Below, piece after piece: positions 1-8,232 of a stretch of 64,000 bases of DNA. Both the position numbers and the translations under genes were made by a program. Location: the IMG/VR virus record IMGVR_UViG_3300044701_002789, positions 194,363 to 258,362 of that record, one strand, 5' to 3'. Within the stretch, counting starts at the first letter, position 1. The number at the start of each line of letters is the position of its first letter. The notes under the pieces were generated by a model. The model was not told the origin of the DNA. It worked only from the letters and a program-made list of their open reading frames with translations, and searched no databases.

Positions 1-100
1 TACTTGCAGCAATGTTACGAACTGTATCATCTATTTTGGCAATACGTTTCGATTTTTGGCGAAGAGGTTTTTCACCATCCTGCAGTATAGTTAATGTCAT
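1..100 (-). CDS. def: peptide deformylase, N-terminal fragment (runs off the window)
   Basis: Not in the ORF track. ATG at 100 reads MTLTILQDGEKPLRQKSKRIAKIDDTVRNIAAS, matching the PDF N-terminus pattern (IL..GDP.LR.K...V..ID). ATGA overlap with the upstream stop. Catalytic motifs lie outside the window. Confidence 0.65.
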   Translation of the reverse strand, partial: MTLTILQDGEKPLRQKSKRIAKIDDTVRNIAAS

Positions 101-372
101 GTGTTAAAATTCCTTTTGAATTCTTCTAGTTTTTCTGGTTCATTGATGACAGTCATTAGTCCGTACTGAGCGATGAAGGAATCTAGTGCCGGATCTTGAA
201 TGGTTTCTTCCAAGTACAAACCACTTACCTTGTCGTAGAATTTCTCAACGTCTTCGGAAACGTAAGAACCCACATCACTGTCAAGTCCTGATCTTGCGTA
301 AGAGTAGAGAGCGTCGCTGAGAATTTCTAATTCTTGCTCAGAGAGTTGGAAAGTTACTTTATACTGGGACAT
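97..372 (-). CDS. hypothetical protein
   Basis: 91-aa ORF in a tightly packed minus-strand run. Confidence 0.7.
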   Translation of the reverse strand: MSQYKVTFQLSEQELEILSDALYSYARSGLDSDVGSYVSEDVEKFYDKVSGLYLEETIQDPALDSFIAQYGLMTVINEPEKLEEFKRNFNT

Positions 373-377
373 TTTGG

Positions 378-578
378 TTAACTTTTTTCTTTATTTAGAT
401 AAAAATCCTTTAAAGTGTTTGTGTCAATCGTCAAATGGTTAGTATTTGAATCATATTCAACTCCACTACCTTTTTCAGTGGAAAGTTGAGAAAGTCCAGC
501 GAAAAGTATATATTGATGCACTTTCCAACCAAGAGCAAATCCAATAGCAAAAGCAATAATAAGAAATAGTTGAATCAT
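378..578 (-). CDS. small membrane protein
   Basis: N-terminal hydrophobic helix; 4-bp overlap with the upstream ORF. Confidence 0.7.
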   Translation of the reverse strand: MIQLFLIIAFAIGFALGWKVHQYILFAGLSQLSTEKGSGVEYDSNTNHLTIDTNTLKDFYLNKEKS

Positions 579-808
579 TCTTCTTTACGTTTAGGTTTGT
601 CGCAATTGTTGCAGTAATAACTGAATCCGTGTTTGAAATTTTTCACTTTCTGGAAGTTATCCAGACTGAGTGATTTAGTTTCCTTACACTTGGAGCAAGT
701 TCGTTCAGCGGGGGCAAATGATGACTTCTTTTGCTCCTTGCTCTTTGACGAGCGATTCCCAATAAAAAGCATCTTCAATTTTAAGAAATGTAGCAGTTTC
801 TTTAGCAT
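575..808 (-). CDS. small zinc-finger-like protein
   Basis: CSKC...F...G.SYYCNNC (two CxxC pairs). Confidence 0.65.
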   Translation of the reverse strand: MLKKLLHFLKLKMLFIGNRSSKSKEQKKSSFAPAERTCSKCKETKSLSLDNFQKVKNFKHGFSYYCNNCDKPKRKEE

Positions 809-847
809 AACCTTTCTTTTTAGGTTTAAGGTAAGTGACTTCGTACT

Positions 848-1033
848 TCATTTTTCGCTTTGTTTAAAAAGTTCAATTTTACTATAATCTTTCTGGTAGA
901 CAAGTATGCACACATTTCTGCGCTTTTCTTCCGAAAATAATCTAACACAAATGGTAACATAATTACTACCAACAAATGTAATAGGTCCGATATAGTTTTC
1001 ATATCGGACCATTACTCCTTCAGCAAACATCAT
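848..1033 (-). CDS. hypothetical protein
   Basis: 61-aa ORF overlapping the end of the phosphoesterase gene. Confidence 0.65.
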   Translation of the reverse strand: MMFAEGVMVRYENYIGPITFVGSNYVTICVRLFSEEKRRNVCILVYQKDYSKIELFKQSEK

Positions 1034-1736
1034 GGAACTTCTTGAGAACTTTATTATTTACATCATAAAGCCCAAGAGCACCTCCATTAGAACCACACTC
1101 CGGATCAAGGACGATAGAATTTTCACTGATAGCAGTGACATGGTAGTGACCAGAAACCATAACATAATCATGATTTCGGTTGTTATTCCACCACTCAACT
1201 CTACCCTTGGTTTCCCTATCAATCGGACCGTAGAGCATAATAGACTTTGCTGCCTTACTTAGATCATCCTCATAAAGAAGACAATGATCTTCGTACTCCG
1301 GAACATTAACGCGACTTGAAAAATAAGCGTGAGAAACACGGTATTCTTTTTGATTCTTATCCCGGAACACAACACCATACGGCATGGCGCACAGAAAATC
1401 ATAAACTTCTTGAAGACTAATTCCGGCATTTTGGAAGTCATCAAGAGTCTTTTGAAGATCTTCACCAACGAAGACCTTATTTCCTTTGATGTACCGAATC
1501 AGTTTGTTTTGATGATTGGATTGGATGCAGATTGCAGAATTGTTTTCAACCTGCTCTCGCACCTGAAGGTAAACTGATGCAGAATCCGAATGGTCTACCC
1601 GAGAGTCAAACAAATCCCCAAGAAATATCGGAGTCAAATTATGATTGATGCAGTATTCAATTGCTTGTTGTAGCAAATGTGCTTGAGAATGCACATCACT
1701 GATAAAGGCGAAATTCATGGAGAGGTTCCGTGTCAT
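1020..1736 (-). CDS. calcineurin-like metallophosphoesterase
   Basis: SDVH, GDLFD, SNH (GNH variant), SHA and GHYH motifs; start could be 1718. Confidence 0.9.
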   Translation of the reverse strand: MTRNLSMNFAFISDVHSQAHLLQQAIEYCINHNLTPIFLGDLFDSRVDHSDSASVYLQVREQVENNSAICIQSNHQNKLIRYIKGNKVFVGEDLQKTLDDFQNAGISLQEVYDFLCAMPYGVVFRDKNQKEYRVSHAYFSSRVNVPEYEDHCLLYEDDLSKAAKSIMLYGPIDRETKGRVEWWNNNRNHDYVMVSGHYHVTAISENSIVLDPECGSNGGALGLYDVNNKVLKKFHDVC

Positions 1737-1742
1737 GCATTA

Positions 1743-1800
1743 ATTATACCAGTATGGAGGGGTTCTGGGAACTCCCGATGGTCGGTTTCTAAAGTGTCCC
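1743..1800 (-). promoter_or_regulatory. early promoter-like element, copy 1 (palindrome + 30 bp + TGnTATAAT)
   Basis: Minus strand GGACACTT-TAGA-AACCGACCA, 30 nt, TATAAT (1743-1748). Confidence 0.7.
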
Positions 1801-1809
1801 TATATCAAT

Positions 1810-2283
1810 TCAGTTACCACGCTCAATGGTCTCAAAGTCTTCCGAGTTGTTCGGAACCTCAAATGAATGATACATTGAGGTCAGAACACTTTCGGGAATA
1901 ACTTTACCTGGACGATGCTTGTTACGTTCGAGTGCTTCTTTGAGAGGAATCACGAAGTAAACAGCACGTTTACGATACATATCGGCAGGTACTTTGGAAG
2001 TTTTATTCTTCCGGGACTTCCGAGTTAGATTAGTCTGATCAATGATGATGTCTTTTCCATCACGAATCGCCAACTTCAGTTGCAAATCCATATGACTCGT
2101 TGCCTTTGAGATAGTGCTCTTAAAGACATCATCATAGGTTTTATTCTGTTCTTCCGCAACCCTTTGGATATAATTGTCAGTGGAGATTACCACTGCATTT
2201 TCCCAATAGGGCATTGCAAGTAGAGTTTTAACATAGGTGGATTTTCCAGAAGTAGGAATACCACACAGCATAATCAATTCCAT
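1810..2283 (-). CDS. P-loop polynucleotide kinase-like protein (AAA_33 type)
   Basis: GIPTSGKST Walker A, STD, DQTNL, ERN..R lid; ATG at 2283 overlaps the ligase end. Confidence 0.85.
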   Translation of the reverse strand: MELIMLCGIPTSGKSTYVKTLLAMPYWENAVVISTDNYIQRVAEEQNKTYDDVFKSTISKATSHMDLQLKLAIRDGKDIIIDQTNLTRKSRKNKTSKVPADMYRKRAVYFVIPLKEALERNKHRPGKVIPESVLTSMYHSFEVPNNSEDFETIERGN

Positions 2284-3485
2284 TTGAGATTCCCCCACAT
2301 CCAACGGTTTTCGTTTACTTTGGTTTGAGTATTGATAGAAGTTTTAATCTTTTCCACCAGCAAATTTTTGATGGGAACTCCATTACGAAGAGAGAACATA
2401 AAACTTTGGTGAGTTTTGGGAATATGGGAGTTTACAAGGATTGCAAACTCTTTTTGGCTCTGACCCCTTTCAAACTGCTTGTACAGATCATAAATGTCAG
2501 TTCCAACATCCTCCAAAGATGCCCAGAACGCAGTCTGGAACTTCTTGAGACGATCTACATCTTCTTCCGTAAGAAGAGGAATAAGATCATCTACATCATC
2601 ATTAACAATGGTAGCAATTACATTTTTTTCCTGATTAATCGCTTCCTTGGACTTATGGCGAAGAACATATTGATTCGCCTTAATTTTTACCATGTGACCA
2701 TTTTCAAAGCGCAGAACGATTCCTTCAGAATCCTCCCATTCGCGGATCTGATCCACAAACAAATGGATATTCTGAATTGCCAAACCATCTACTGCCTTAA
2801 CAACAGGAATGTTCCAAGCAGTCGCATAACTAACCATAGTCTTATAGTTGACATAAGACCCATTGTAATTATAACGAATAGCCGTAAGAATCAGTTGATC
2901 TTCAGGATAATCCAGAACAATTCGGTTTTTGCGAGAGCACCATTCAAAAATAGGAGTGGTTCCTTTTTGAATACACTTCATAATAAAAGTATGGTATGGT
3001 TTATGTCGTTCATTAGTAGGAATCCACTTATCAGAAATAAACTTTTCTGCCTGCTCTGAAATTTCGGTTACACCCGCTTTCGTGCCAAGAAGAAAACCAT
3101 CACCATAAGGAATCGGACGAATCATAGACCCATCCAATTTCTCAAGAACCACATGAGGTTCATAGAGATTAATCTTATTAGTTTGAGTTTCCAGTTTTTC
3201 ACCTACGTTGAAAAACTTGTGATACGGACGAGAAATGAGTTTTCCATTAGCATCAAAAATCAGACCACGGCACTCGCGTCGGATAGCATACTGTAGAGTA
3301 CGCTCAGCACGCATTTTCGCAGAACCACCAGAACACTTTACCTCAGGAAAAGTATCCTCCAGATTTACTGCATAATTAATTACAGTGTACCAACCTTTAT
3401 TAATAACAAGAAATTCTTCTCTATCTTTGATGTGAGGAAGAACATCATCAATGGTTTCAATTTGTGGGAAAGAGTAATTAAACAT
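2274..3485 (-). CDS. rnlA: T4-type RNA ligase 1
   Basis: RECRG, RPYHKFFN, motif I EKLDGS, FEW, motif IV EGIV, motif V KIK; ATG at 3485 preferred. Confidence 0.9.
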   Translation of the reverse strand: MFNYSFPQIETIDDVLPHIKDREEFLVINKGWYTVINYAVNLEDTFPEVKCSGGSAKMRAERTLQYAIRRECRGLIFDANGKLISRPYHKFFNVGEKLETQTNKINLYEPHVVLEKLDGSMIRPIPYGDGFLLGTKAGVTEISEQAEKFISDKWIPTNERHKPYHTFIMKCIQKGTTPIFEWCSRKNRIVLDYPEDQLILTAIRYNYNGSYVNYKTMVSYATAWNIPVVKAVDGLAIQNIHLFVDQIREWEDSEGIVLRFENGHMVKIKANQYVLRHKSKEAINQEKNVIATIVNDDVDDLIPLLTEEDVDRLKKFQTAFWASLEDVGTDIYDLYKQFERGQSQKEFAILVNSHIPKTHQSFMFSLRNGVPIKNLLVEKIKTSINTQTKVNENRWMWGNLKWN

Positions 3486-3506
3486 AATCAAATCTCGTAC
3501 ATAACT

Positions 3507-3552
3507 ATCATACAACAAAAAAAGGGGGCGTGGATGCCCCCTTGTGCCAGTT
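3507..3552 (-). promoter_or_regulatory. early promoter-like element, copy 2
   Basis: Half-site AACTGGCAC, 31 nt, TATGAT (3507-3512), upstream of the ligase. Confidence 0.65.
3517..3543 (-). terminator. intrinsic terminator nested inside promoter copy 2
   Basis: AAGGGGGC-ATCCAC-GCCCCCTT followed by a T run on the minus strand, just after the 3552 stop. Confidence 0.8.
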
Positions 3553-3917
3553 CAGGGATTGGGTTTTCTTGTCATAAGTTTTTTCGCAACATTGACTGTA
3601 GATTTGCCCAATTTATATGTTCCCTTTATTGCCTTTTTAGCATTTTTTGCATTTGCAGATATTTTCTGTCTAGTAAGTTGACTTTGTTGCGCTCTTCTAG
3701 CATTCAGTTTTTCAGTTCTTTGCTTTTGTTCAGAACTTCTTTTTTGTGCTGCTTGTTTTGCCGAAAGAGTTTTTTGTTTATTTTTAGTGACAAATTGTTT
3801 AGTTATCTGTTTTCTATTAGAAGATTCCTTACGAGCATTTGCTACCCTTTCAAGTCTTTTTTGTCTTTGTTCATCACTGAGACTTGCTTCTTCACAAAAT
3901 TGCTTAAAGGATTTCAT
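3552..3917 (-). CDS. basic protein with T4-type capsid-targeting N-terminus (putative internal head protein)
   Basis: Starts MKSFKQFCEEA; K/R/Q-rich; late-promoter-like CATAAATA at 3941-3948. Confidence 0.65.
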   Translation of the reverse strand: MKSFKQFCEEASLSDEQRQKRLERVANARKESSNRKQITKQFVTKNKQKTLSAKQAAQKRSSEQKQRTEKLNARRAQQSQLTRQKISANAKNAKKAIKGTYKLGKSTVNVAKKLMTRKPNP

Positions 3918-3943
3918 AAACGGAAAAGATATTTTTCTAATAT

Positions 3944-4144
3944 TTATGAAATATCTTCATGAAAGGGCATAAAAATGTAGTTATCAGGATCTGGTTCTTC
4001 CCCATCAACTACAAACTCTTCAAATATAGAATGAGCGTCTTCAAAATGCTCATTTTCAACTAAAAATTTCATTCTGGAACAATAAAATTCTTCTATATGA
4101 TAGATGTTCCATTCCTTTGGAGAAAGATCCATTAACATCCTCAT
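3944..4144 (-). CDS. hypothetical acidic protein
   Basis: 66-aa ORF with ATGA overlap. Confidence 0.65.
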   Translation of the reverse strand: MRMLMDLSPKEWNIYHIEEFYCSRMKFLVENEHFEDAHSIFEEFVVDGEEPDPDNYIFMPFHEDIS

Positions 4145-4278
4145 ACGTCATAAATTTTGTTGTGTGTTTCTTTGAGAAGTTTAATTTCTTCTTCCAGTTC
4201 TTCAATAGTAACAAGTAACTGCTGCAAAGTTTCTTTTGCAATTTTAAGATCACTAAAATTTTCCAAATTAAGTTCCAT
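4141..4278 (-). CDS. small coiled-coil hypothetical protein
   Basis: 45-aa ORF MELNLENFSDLKIAKETLQQ..., below the track cutoff; overlaps both neighbours. Confidence 0.6.
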   Translation of the reverse strand: MELNLENFSDLKIAKETLQQLLVTIEELEEEIKLLKETHNKIYDV

Positions 4279-4508
4279 CAGGGTACGAAAGCCTCCACTA
4301 CACCAGATTCTTCATCTTCCAATAGAGCAAATCTAGGTGCTCTTTGAATATTCTCACGCAGTTTAGTGTAATATTCCGGCCATGACTCATTATCCCACTG
4401 GACAATAATATCAAAGCATTCATCTTCACTTTCAGCGATGACGTTCAAAAGACCGCCATCGGATGTTGTAACGAAATAATCCACTACAAAAAAATATTTT
4501 TGAGTCAT
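4278..4508 (-). CDS. hypothetical protein
   Basis: 76-aa ORF downstream of a sigma70-like promoter. Confidence 0.7.
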   Translation of the reverse strand: MTQKYFFVVDYFVTTSDGGLLNVIAESEDECFDIIVQWDNESWPEYYTKLRENIQRAPRFALLEDEESGVVEAFVP

Positions 4509-4531
4509 TGTTGTTTCTGAACTACTCCTTG

Positions 4532-4560
4532 AGTTTAGGACGGATCTTTGGATTTGTCAA
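4532..4560 (-). promoter_or_regulatory. sigma70-type promoter
   Basis: TTGACA-17 nt-TAAACT. Confidence 0.65.
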
Positions 4561-4660
4561 TAGGAGCAGAGTTCTTGCCGCTCCCGGCGCGAATTAAATT
4601 TCCAACAAACACTGCGATAGGAATGCTAAGAATAAACCACCAGATAAAAAATGTGATCAT
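4535..4660 (-). CDS. small membrane protein
   Basis: 41-aa ORF MITFFIWWFILSIPIAVFVG..., read manually. Confidence 0.5.
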   Translation of the reverse strand: MITFFIWWFILSIPIAVFVGNLIRAGSGKNSAPIDKSKDPS

Positions 4661-4833
4661 TAATAGTCTCCGCAGTTAAATGAGTCTGCAATTTCTGCAA
4701 CTCTATTGTATTCTGTTAACAATTTAGTTATATGCACATGAATAGTCTTCAATTCATCGTCAGTTTTACCGACGATTGCTTCGTGAATCCGTTCAAATGC
4801 AGCAGCAGTTTGTAAGGTAAGTTTCTTTTCCAT
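4660..4833 (-). CDS. hypothetical protein
   Basis: 57-aa ORF MEKKLTLQTAAAFERIHE..., read manually; TAATG overlap. Confidence 0.55.
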   Translation of the reverse strand: MEKKLTLQTAAAFERIHEAIVGKTDDELKTIHVHITKLLTEYNRVAEIADSFNCGDY

Positions 4834-4849
4834 AAATTTGAATTGATAA

Positions 4850-5350
4850 TTATTTTTGACGGACTTGTTCTACTTGAGATTGTTTTCCGTCTAGATTATA
4901 TTCTTTATTCAGTTCAGAATTCCAAATAGTTCCATGAATAAATCCGGCACCACCAAGAAGAATCGCAGATGCCATAATAATTGCACCCTTTTTCACCTCA
5001 TCTTCCGTTGGATCTTCATTATCCGCAAAATCTGAAACAGTGACACCAGTAAATTTTTGTGCCAACCAAGTTCCACCAGATCCATAAATCAACATAAGAA
5101 CCCAAGGAGTAAAATAAAGGAAAAGAGCTGCTACGCCAAGAAGTCCTACAAACCAAGTTCCACCCCCAGAGGGCATAGAAATACCATCTCCACTACCAGA
5201 TCCACGAATTTGACGAAGATTGCGAATGTTCATTGGGGAATAAATGTGTTGAATATTCCCTTTTGCTTCACCAACTGAACCTCCTTCCACAGTAACAGTA
5301 AAATAATTACCAGGATTGTTCAGAAGAATTTCTGCTTGCCAGGTTGCCAT
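4850..5350 (-). CDS. membrane protein
   Basis: Start moved to MATWQAE (5350), downstream of promoter copy 3; 2-3 hydrophobic helices. Confidence 0.75.
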   Translation of the reverse strand: MATWQAEILLNNPGNYFTVTVEGGSVGEAKGNIQHIYSPMNIRNLRQIRGSGSGDGISMPSGGGTWFVGLLGVAALFLYFTPWVLMLIYGSGGTWLAQKFTGVTVSDFADNEDPTEDEVKKGAIIMASAILLGGAGFIHGTIWNSELNKEYNLDGKQSQVEQVRQK

Positions 5351-5377
5351 GATCAATTTATGTTGAATTACCAATAT

Positions 5378-5433
5378 ATCATACAGCAAAATGGGCGCAT
5401 GTGGTGACTTTTTGTGCCAGTTTTTGAACTGGA
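5378..5433 (-). promoter_or_regulatory. early promoter-like element, copy 3
   Basis: TCCAGTT-CAAA-AACTGGCAC, 30 nt, TATGAT (5378-5383). Confidence 0.7.
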
Positions 5434-5598
5434 TCAACCACCCCTTTGCTGAAGAGAACGAACCATGAGATCCGAAAACCTTTCCATTTTAGTATAATGA
5501 ACGGACGCTGGATCGTCATTAATAGCATTTTTAAGTGCAACTAATTCTTCCCACTCTTCTTTTGATAGATTTCCTGTCTTTGTTTTCGTTAAGGTCAT
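5434..5598 (-). CDS. small hypothetical protein
   Basis: 54-aa ORF MTLTKTKTGNLSKEEWEELVALKNAI..., read manually. Confidence 0.6.
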   Translation of the reverse strand: MTLTKTKTGNLSKEEWEELVALKNAINDDPASVHYTKMERFSDLMVRSLQQRGG

Positions 5599-5690
5599 AA
5601 GTTACTTACAATTAAATTGTCTCACTAATATGTAGTTAATTGTGTGGTTTTGCTGACAATTGATTAAAATATCTTCACAAAAATCAAGTG

Positions 5691-5909
5691 TCACTGAAGA
5701 AAAGTTCCAAACATACCAGAATCCCCAAACTTACGAGATTCAAGTTTATCCATAAGATCTTCAGTTTTTTGAATCATATCTACAGCAAAAAGAAGTTCTG
5801 AAATTTGTTTGCAAACTGCAGTTTTTTCATTGACCGCAGCACTCTTGAGAGCATTGCGAAGATGACTTTGCGCTTCAAGAAGTTCTTCTTTTACTTTATC
5901 GGATAGCAT
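5691..5909 (-). CDS. hypothetical helical protein
   Basis: Start at MLSDKVKEE, preceded by AGGAGG. Confidence 0.75.
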   Translation of the reverse strand: MLSDKVKEELLEAQSHLRNALKSAAVNEKTAVCKQISELLFAVDMIQKTEDLMDKLESRKFGDSGMFGTFLQ

Positions 5910-5920
5910 TAGTTTTCCTC

Positions 5921-6106
5921 CTAACTTTGGATTAGTTCTTGGTATTTTTCTTCGGGTAGCAAACAGAGTACACAAGAAGCAATCTCATAAATGTCTTCTT
6001 CTTCAAGACCATCTAGTGTCATTAGAGGTCCATCACCGAAAGAAATTGAAAATGAATATCCATCGGTGGGATTATACCCACCGCATGTTTGAATTCTACT
6101 TGCCAT
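5921..6106 (-). CDS. hypothetical protein
   Basis: 61-aa ORF overlapping the upstream gene. Confidence 0.65.
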   Translation of the reverse strand: MASRIQTCGGYNPTDGYSFSISFGDGPLMTLDGLEEEDIYEIASCVLCLLPEEKYQELIQS

Positions 6107-6695
6107 TTACTTTTTTAAGTATAAAGGTGCCATCATTATTATCAATCCAATCCACAGTATCACCCTCTTTTAGGTTTGCTTCTTTCAGCAATTCATCAGG
6201 AAACTGGATGAAATACTCACCATTTGTGCTGTCAACTTCTACTGGAATGACCCAACTTTTTTTATCAGTATTAATCATATCGGTAAGATCATTTCCTGCC
6301 GGATCAATCAAATCATTATTTTCTACCCAAAAATTGTAGTGATCAGGTTCAAATTGATTATCAGGAAAATTAGTGATTCTATCTAGAGTCAAATAGTCAT
6401 TTGCCAGGTATTCTAGATCACTATGTCCCCAAGGAGGCATAAAGTCATCCTTGTTTTGATTTCCTAATTCAACTACAGTTTTATTCCAAGCATCTTTAAA
6501 TTTTTCATCAAATTCATCCAAATAATATTTAAGAAATTCATCAGCAGCATACATCAATTTTTCTGCCTTTTCTCTGTTTCCAGATCCTAGGGCATCAATT
6601 GCAGAATCTAGAATATCCCGAGCGGTACTCACTTTACAGACAGTGAGTTCCAGTTCGTTCATTACTTCCCAAACTTTTTCATAATTAAGAGTCAT
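6096..6695 (-). CDS. protein with C-terminal AbrB/MazE-like DNA-binding domain
   Basis: C-terminal YFIQFPDELLKEANLKEGDTVDW...GTFILKK swapped-hairpin signature; N-terminal helical domain. Confidence 0.7.
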   Translation of the reverse strand: MTLNYEKVWEVMNELELTVCKVSTARDILDSAIDALGSGNREKAEKLMYAADEFLKYYLDEFDEKFKDAWNKTVVELGNQNKDDFMPPWGHSDLEYLANDYLTLDRITNFPDNQFEPDHYNFWVENNDLIDPAGNDLTDMINTDKKSWVIPVEVDSTNGEYFIQFPDELLKEANLKEGDTVDWIDNNDGTFILKKVNGK

Positions 6696-6882
6696 GCTTT
6701 TCTCCATAAAGAATGTCAATACGATTGTCTACTGCTTCAATAGAAGACTGAAGAGTTTTGATAGATTGGGAAATTTCTTCCAATCTTGTTTGCATCATAA
6801 AAAATTCGATCCGATTTTCAATATAAGTAGGATCTTTTATTTCCCGCGAAGAAGAAAATAAATTTTTAAAAAACTTCATCAT
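6685..6882 (-). CDS. hypothetical coiled-coil protein
   Basis: 65-aa ORF overlapping its neighbours. Confidence 0.65.
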   Translation of the reverse strand: MMKFFKNLFSSSREIKDPTYIENRIEFFMMQTRLEEISQSIKTLQSSIEAVDNRIDILYGEKHDS

Positions 6883-7171
6883 TTGGAACAGAAATTTGTC
6901 TAAAAGGAATGTTTAGAGTGTCCGCATAAGATGCTGGACAACCCTCAGTAGATCCATGAGCAGGAACCCAAGATCTCAAAAGTTTAGCGGCGCATTTTCC
7001 GCGATAAGAAAACGCTTCCGATCGTTTATTGAAGTATTCTTGGGATTTGAACGGAAAATTTTCTGCTTCTAGGAGAAGAGAGTATTCCGTTTGATTTACA
7101 TATTTGAGGTATCTTTCCCGATTTTCGTCGGTAGGATTTTCAACGAGTGTTTTGATAATTTCCTCAATCAT
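6866..7171 (-). CDS. hypothetical protein
   Basis: 101-aa ORF directly downstream of promoter copy 4. Confidence 0.7.
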   Translation of the reverse strand: MIEEIIKTLVENPTDENRERYLKYVNQTEYSLLLEAENFPFKSQEYFNKRSEAFSYRGKCAAKLLRSWVPAHGSTEGCPASYADTLNIPFRQISVPNDEVF

Positions 7172-7191
7172 GGTTTTTTGTTAACAGATCA

Positions 7192-7249
7192 ATAATAGCA
7201 GAAACCCTCCGACCATTCAGCAGAGGGTGGACAGTTTTTGTATTGTCAC
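7192..7249 (-). promoter_or_regulatory. early promoter-like element, copy 4
   Basis: GTGACAATA-CAAA-AACTGTCCA, 30 nt, TGnTATTAT (7192-7197). Confidence 0.7.
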
Positions 7250-7253
7250 ACAA

Positions 7254-7547
7254 TTAACTTTTTTCATCCTTCTTTTGTGTTGGAAAGAGTTTATAAGAAC
7301 CTTTTTTTAAGTTATATCTTTTGATATAGGATTCGCAATGTTCTTTACACATAAAAAAACATCTCTTAAAATCTTTACCATCCATGTGTTCCAAAGTTAT
7401 TGGAAAGGACTCATGAAATGTATCAGATGGAATAATTGCATTTCCTGGAGATTTAGGTGTTGGGATCTGCGATTTCTTTTTAATATTTGAAGAATTTTTT
7501 CTTTTTGTTCCTGTAGGTTTTTTCCCTGTTGGTTTCTTATTAGTCAT
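7254..7547 (-). CDS. hypothetical basic protein
   Basis: 97-aa ORF, Lys-rich N-terminus, CFFMCKEH. Confidence 0.7.
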   Translation of the reverse strand: MTNKKPTGKKPTGTKRKNSSNIKKKSQIPTPKSPGNAIIPSDTFHESFPITLEHMDGKDFKRCFFMCKEHCESYIKRYNLKKGSYKLFPTQKKDEKS

Positions 7548-7729
7548 TCTTTGAAATTTAATTTATAATATTTGTTATATCTCAAATAAGAAGACACTGA
7601 GGGTTTAAATCCTAACGAATAACAACTTTCACAATATAAATTAAAATTATACCAAGGTGTTGTGTTGTCTAGTGTCGGGAACTTGTTTTGTTTCGTGTAA
7701 CTTTTTAAGTGCTTCCAAAACTTCAGCAT
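7544..7729 (-). CDS. hypothetical protein
   Basis: 61-aa ORF with YCESC; start uncertain. Confidence 0.55.
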   Translation of the reverse strand: MLKFWKHLKSYTKQNKFPTLDNTTPWYNFNLYCESCYSLGFKPSVSSYLRYNKYYKLNFKE

Positions 7730-7780
7730 TTTCTTCCCAAGTCCATTCGTTATCGTTCTTATCTTTGTAATTTTTTTTAG

Positions 7781-8008
7781 TCATAGTTTACCACCTACAG
7801 TAGATTCATAAGTTTTAATAACTTCAACAAAACCTTCTTGTTTCATTTTGAGATATGATCTAGTAGCATTAATACATTCATCTTCAGTAAGAGAAGTTAT
7901 AATACATTTACCTTCTAAATCGTAAGATCTCCAAGTACCCCATCTTTGCTGAGAAACCGTAAAGCACTCATCATAGATGTTTTTCGTTTCCAATTCTTGC
8001 GTCATCAA
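7781..8008 (-). CDS. hypothetical protein
   Basis: 75-aa ORF. Confidence 0.65.
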   Translation of the reverse strand: MMTQELETKNIYDECFTVSQQRWGTWRSYDLEGKCIITSLTEDECINATRSYLKMKQEGFVEVIKTYESTVGGKL

Positions 8009-8231
8009 ATTCCTTTTGAAGTTCTGTTGCTATCTTAGCATACTCCCATCTTTTAATCAAATTGGTAATTGGATTTCTGGGATGAAATTTTACCATCCAA
8101 AAAAACCGCTCAATATTTAATCTGGTCATTTTAAGGACTAAGGTTAAATATTCTGAAACATTTGGATCTACTATCATCATAAACCCAACCACACCAAAAA
8201 TAATTAAAAGTGTTGCTTGTATGGGAGTCAT
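7971..8231 (-). CDS. small membrane protein
   Basis: N-terminal TM helix. Confidence 0.65.
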   Translation of the reverse strand: MTPIQATLLIIFGVVGFMMIVDPNVSEYLTLVLKMTRLNIERFFWMVKFHPRNPITNLIKRWEYAKIATELQKEFDDARIGNEKHL

Positions 8232-8232
8232 T

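Noticed and set aside
2325-3962. Plus-strand ORFs of 244 and 176 aa (also 12594..13148)
   Set aside because: They lie antisense to well-supported genes and have no recognisable motifs.
4056-4253. 65-aa track ORF
   Set aside because: It overlaps 3944..4144 substantially; the 45-aa ORF 4141..4278 fits the gene packing better.
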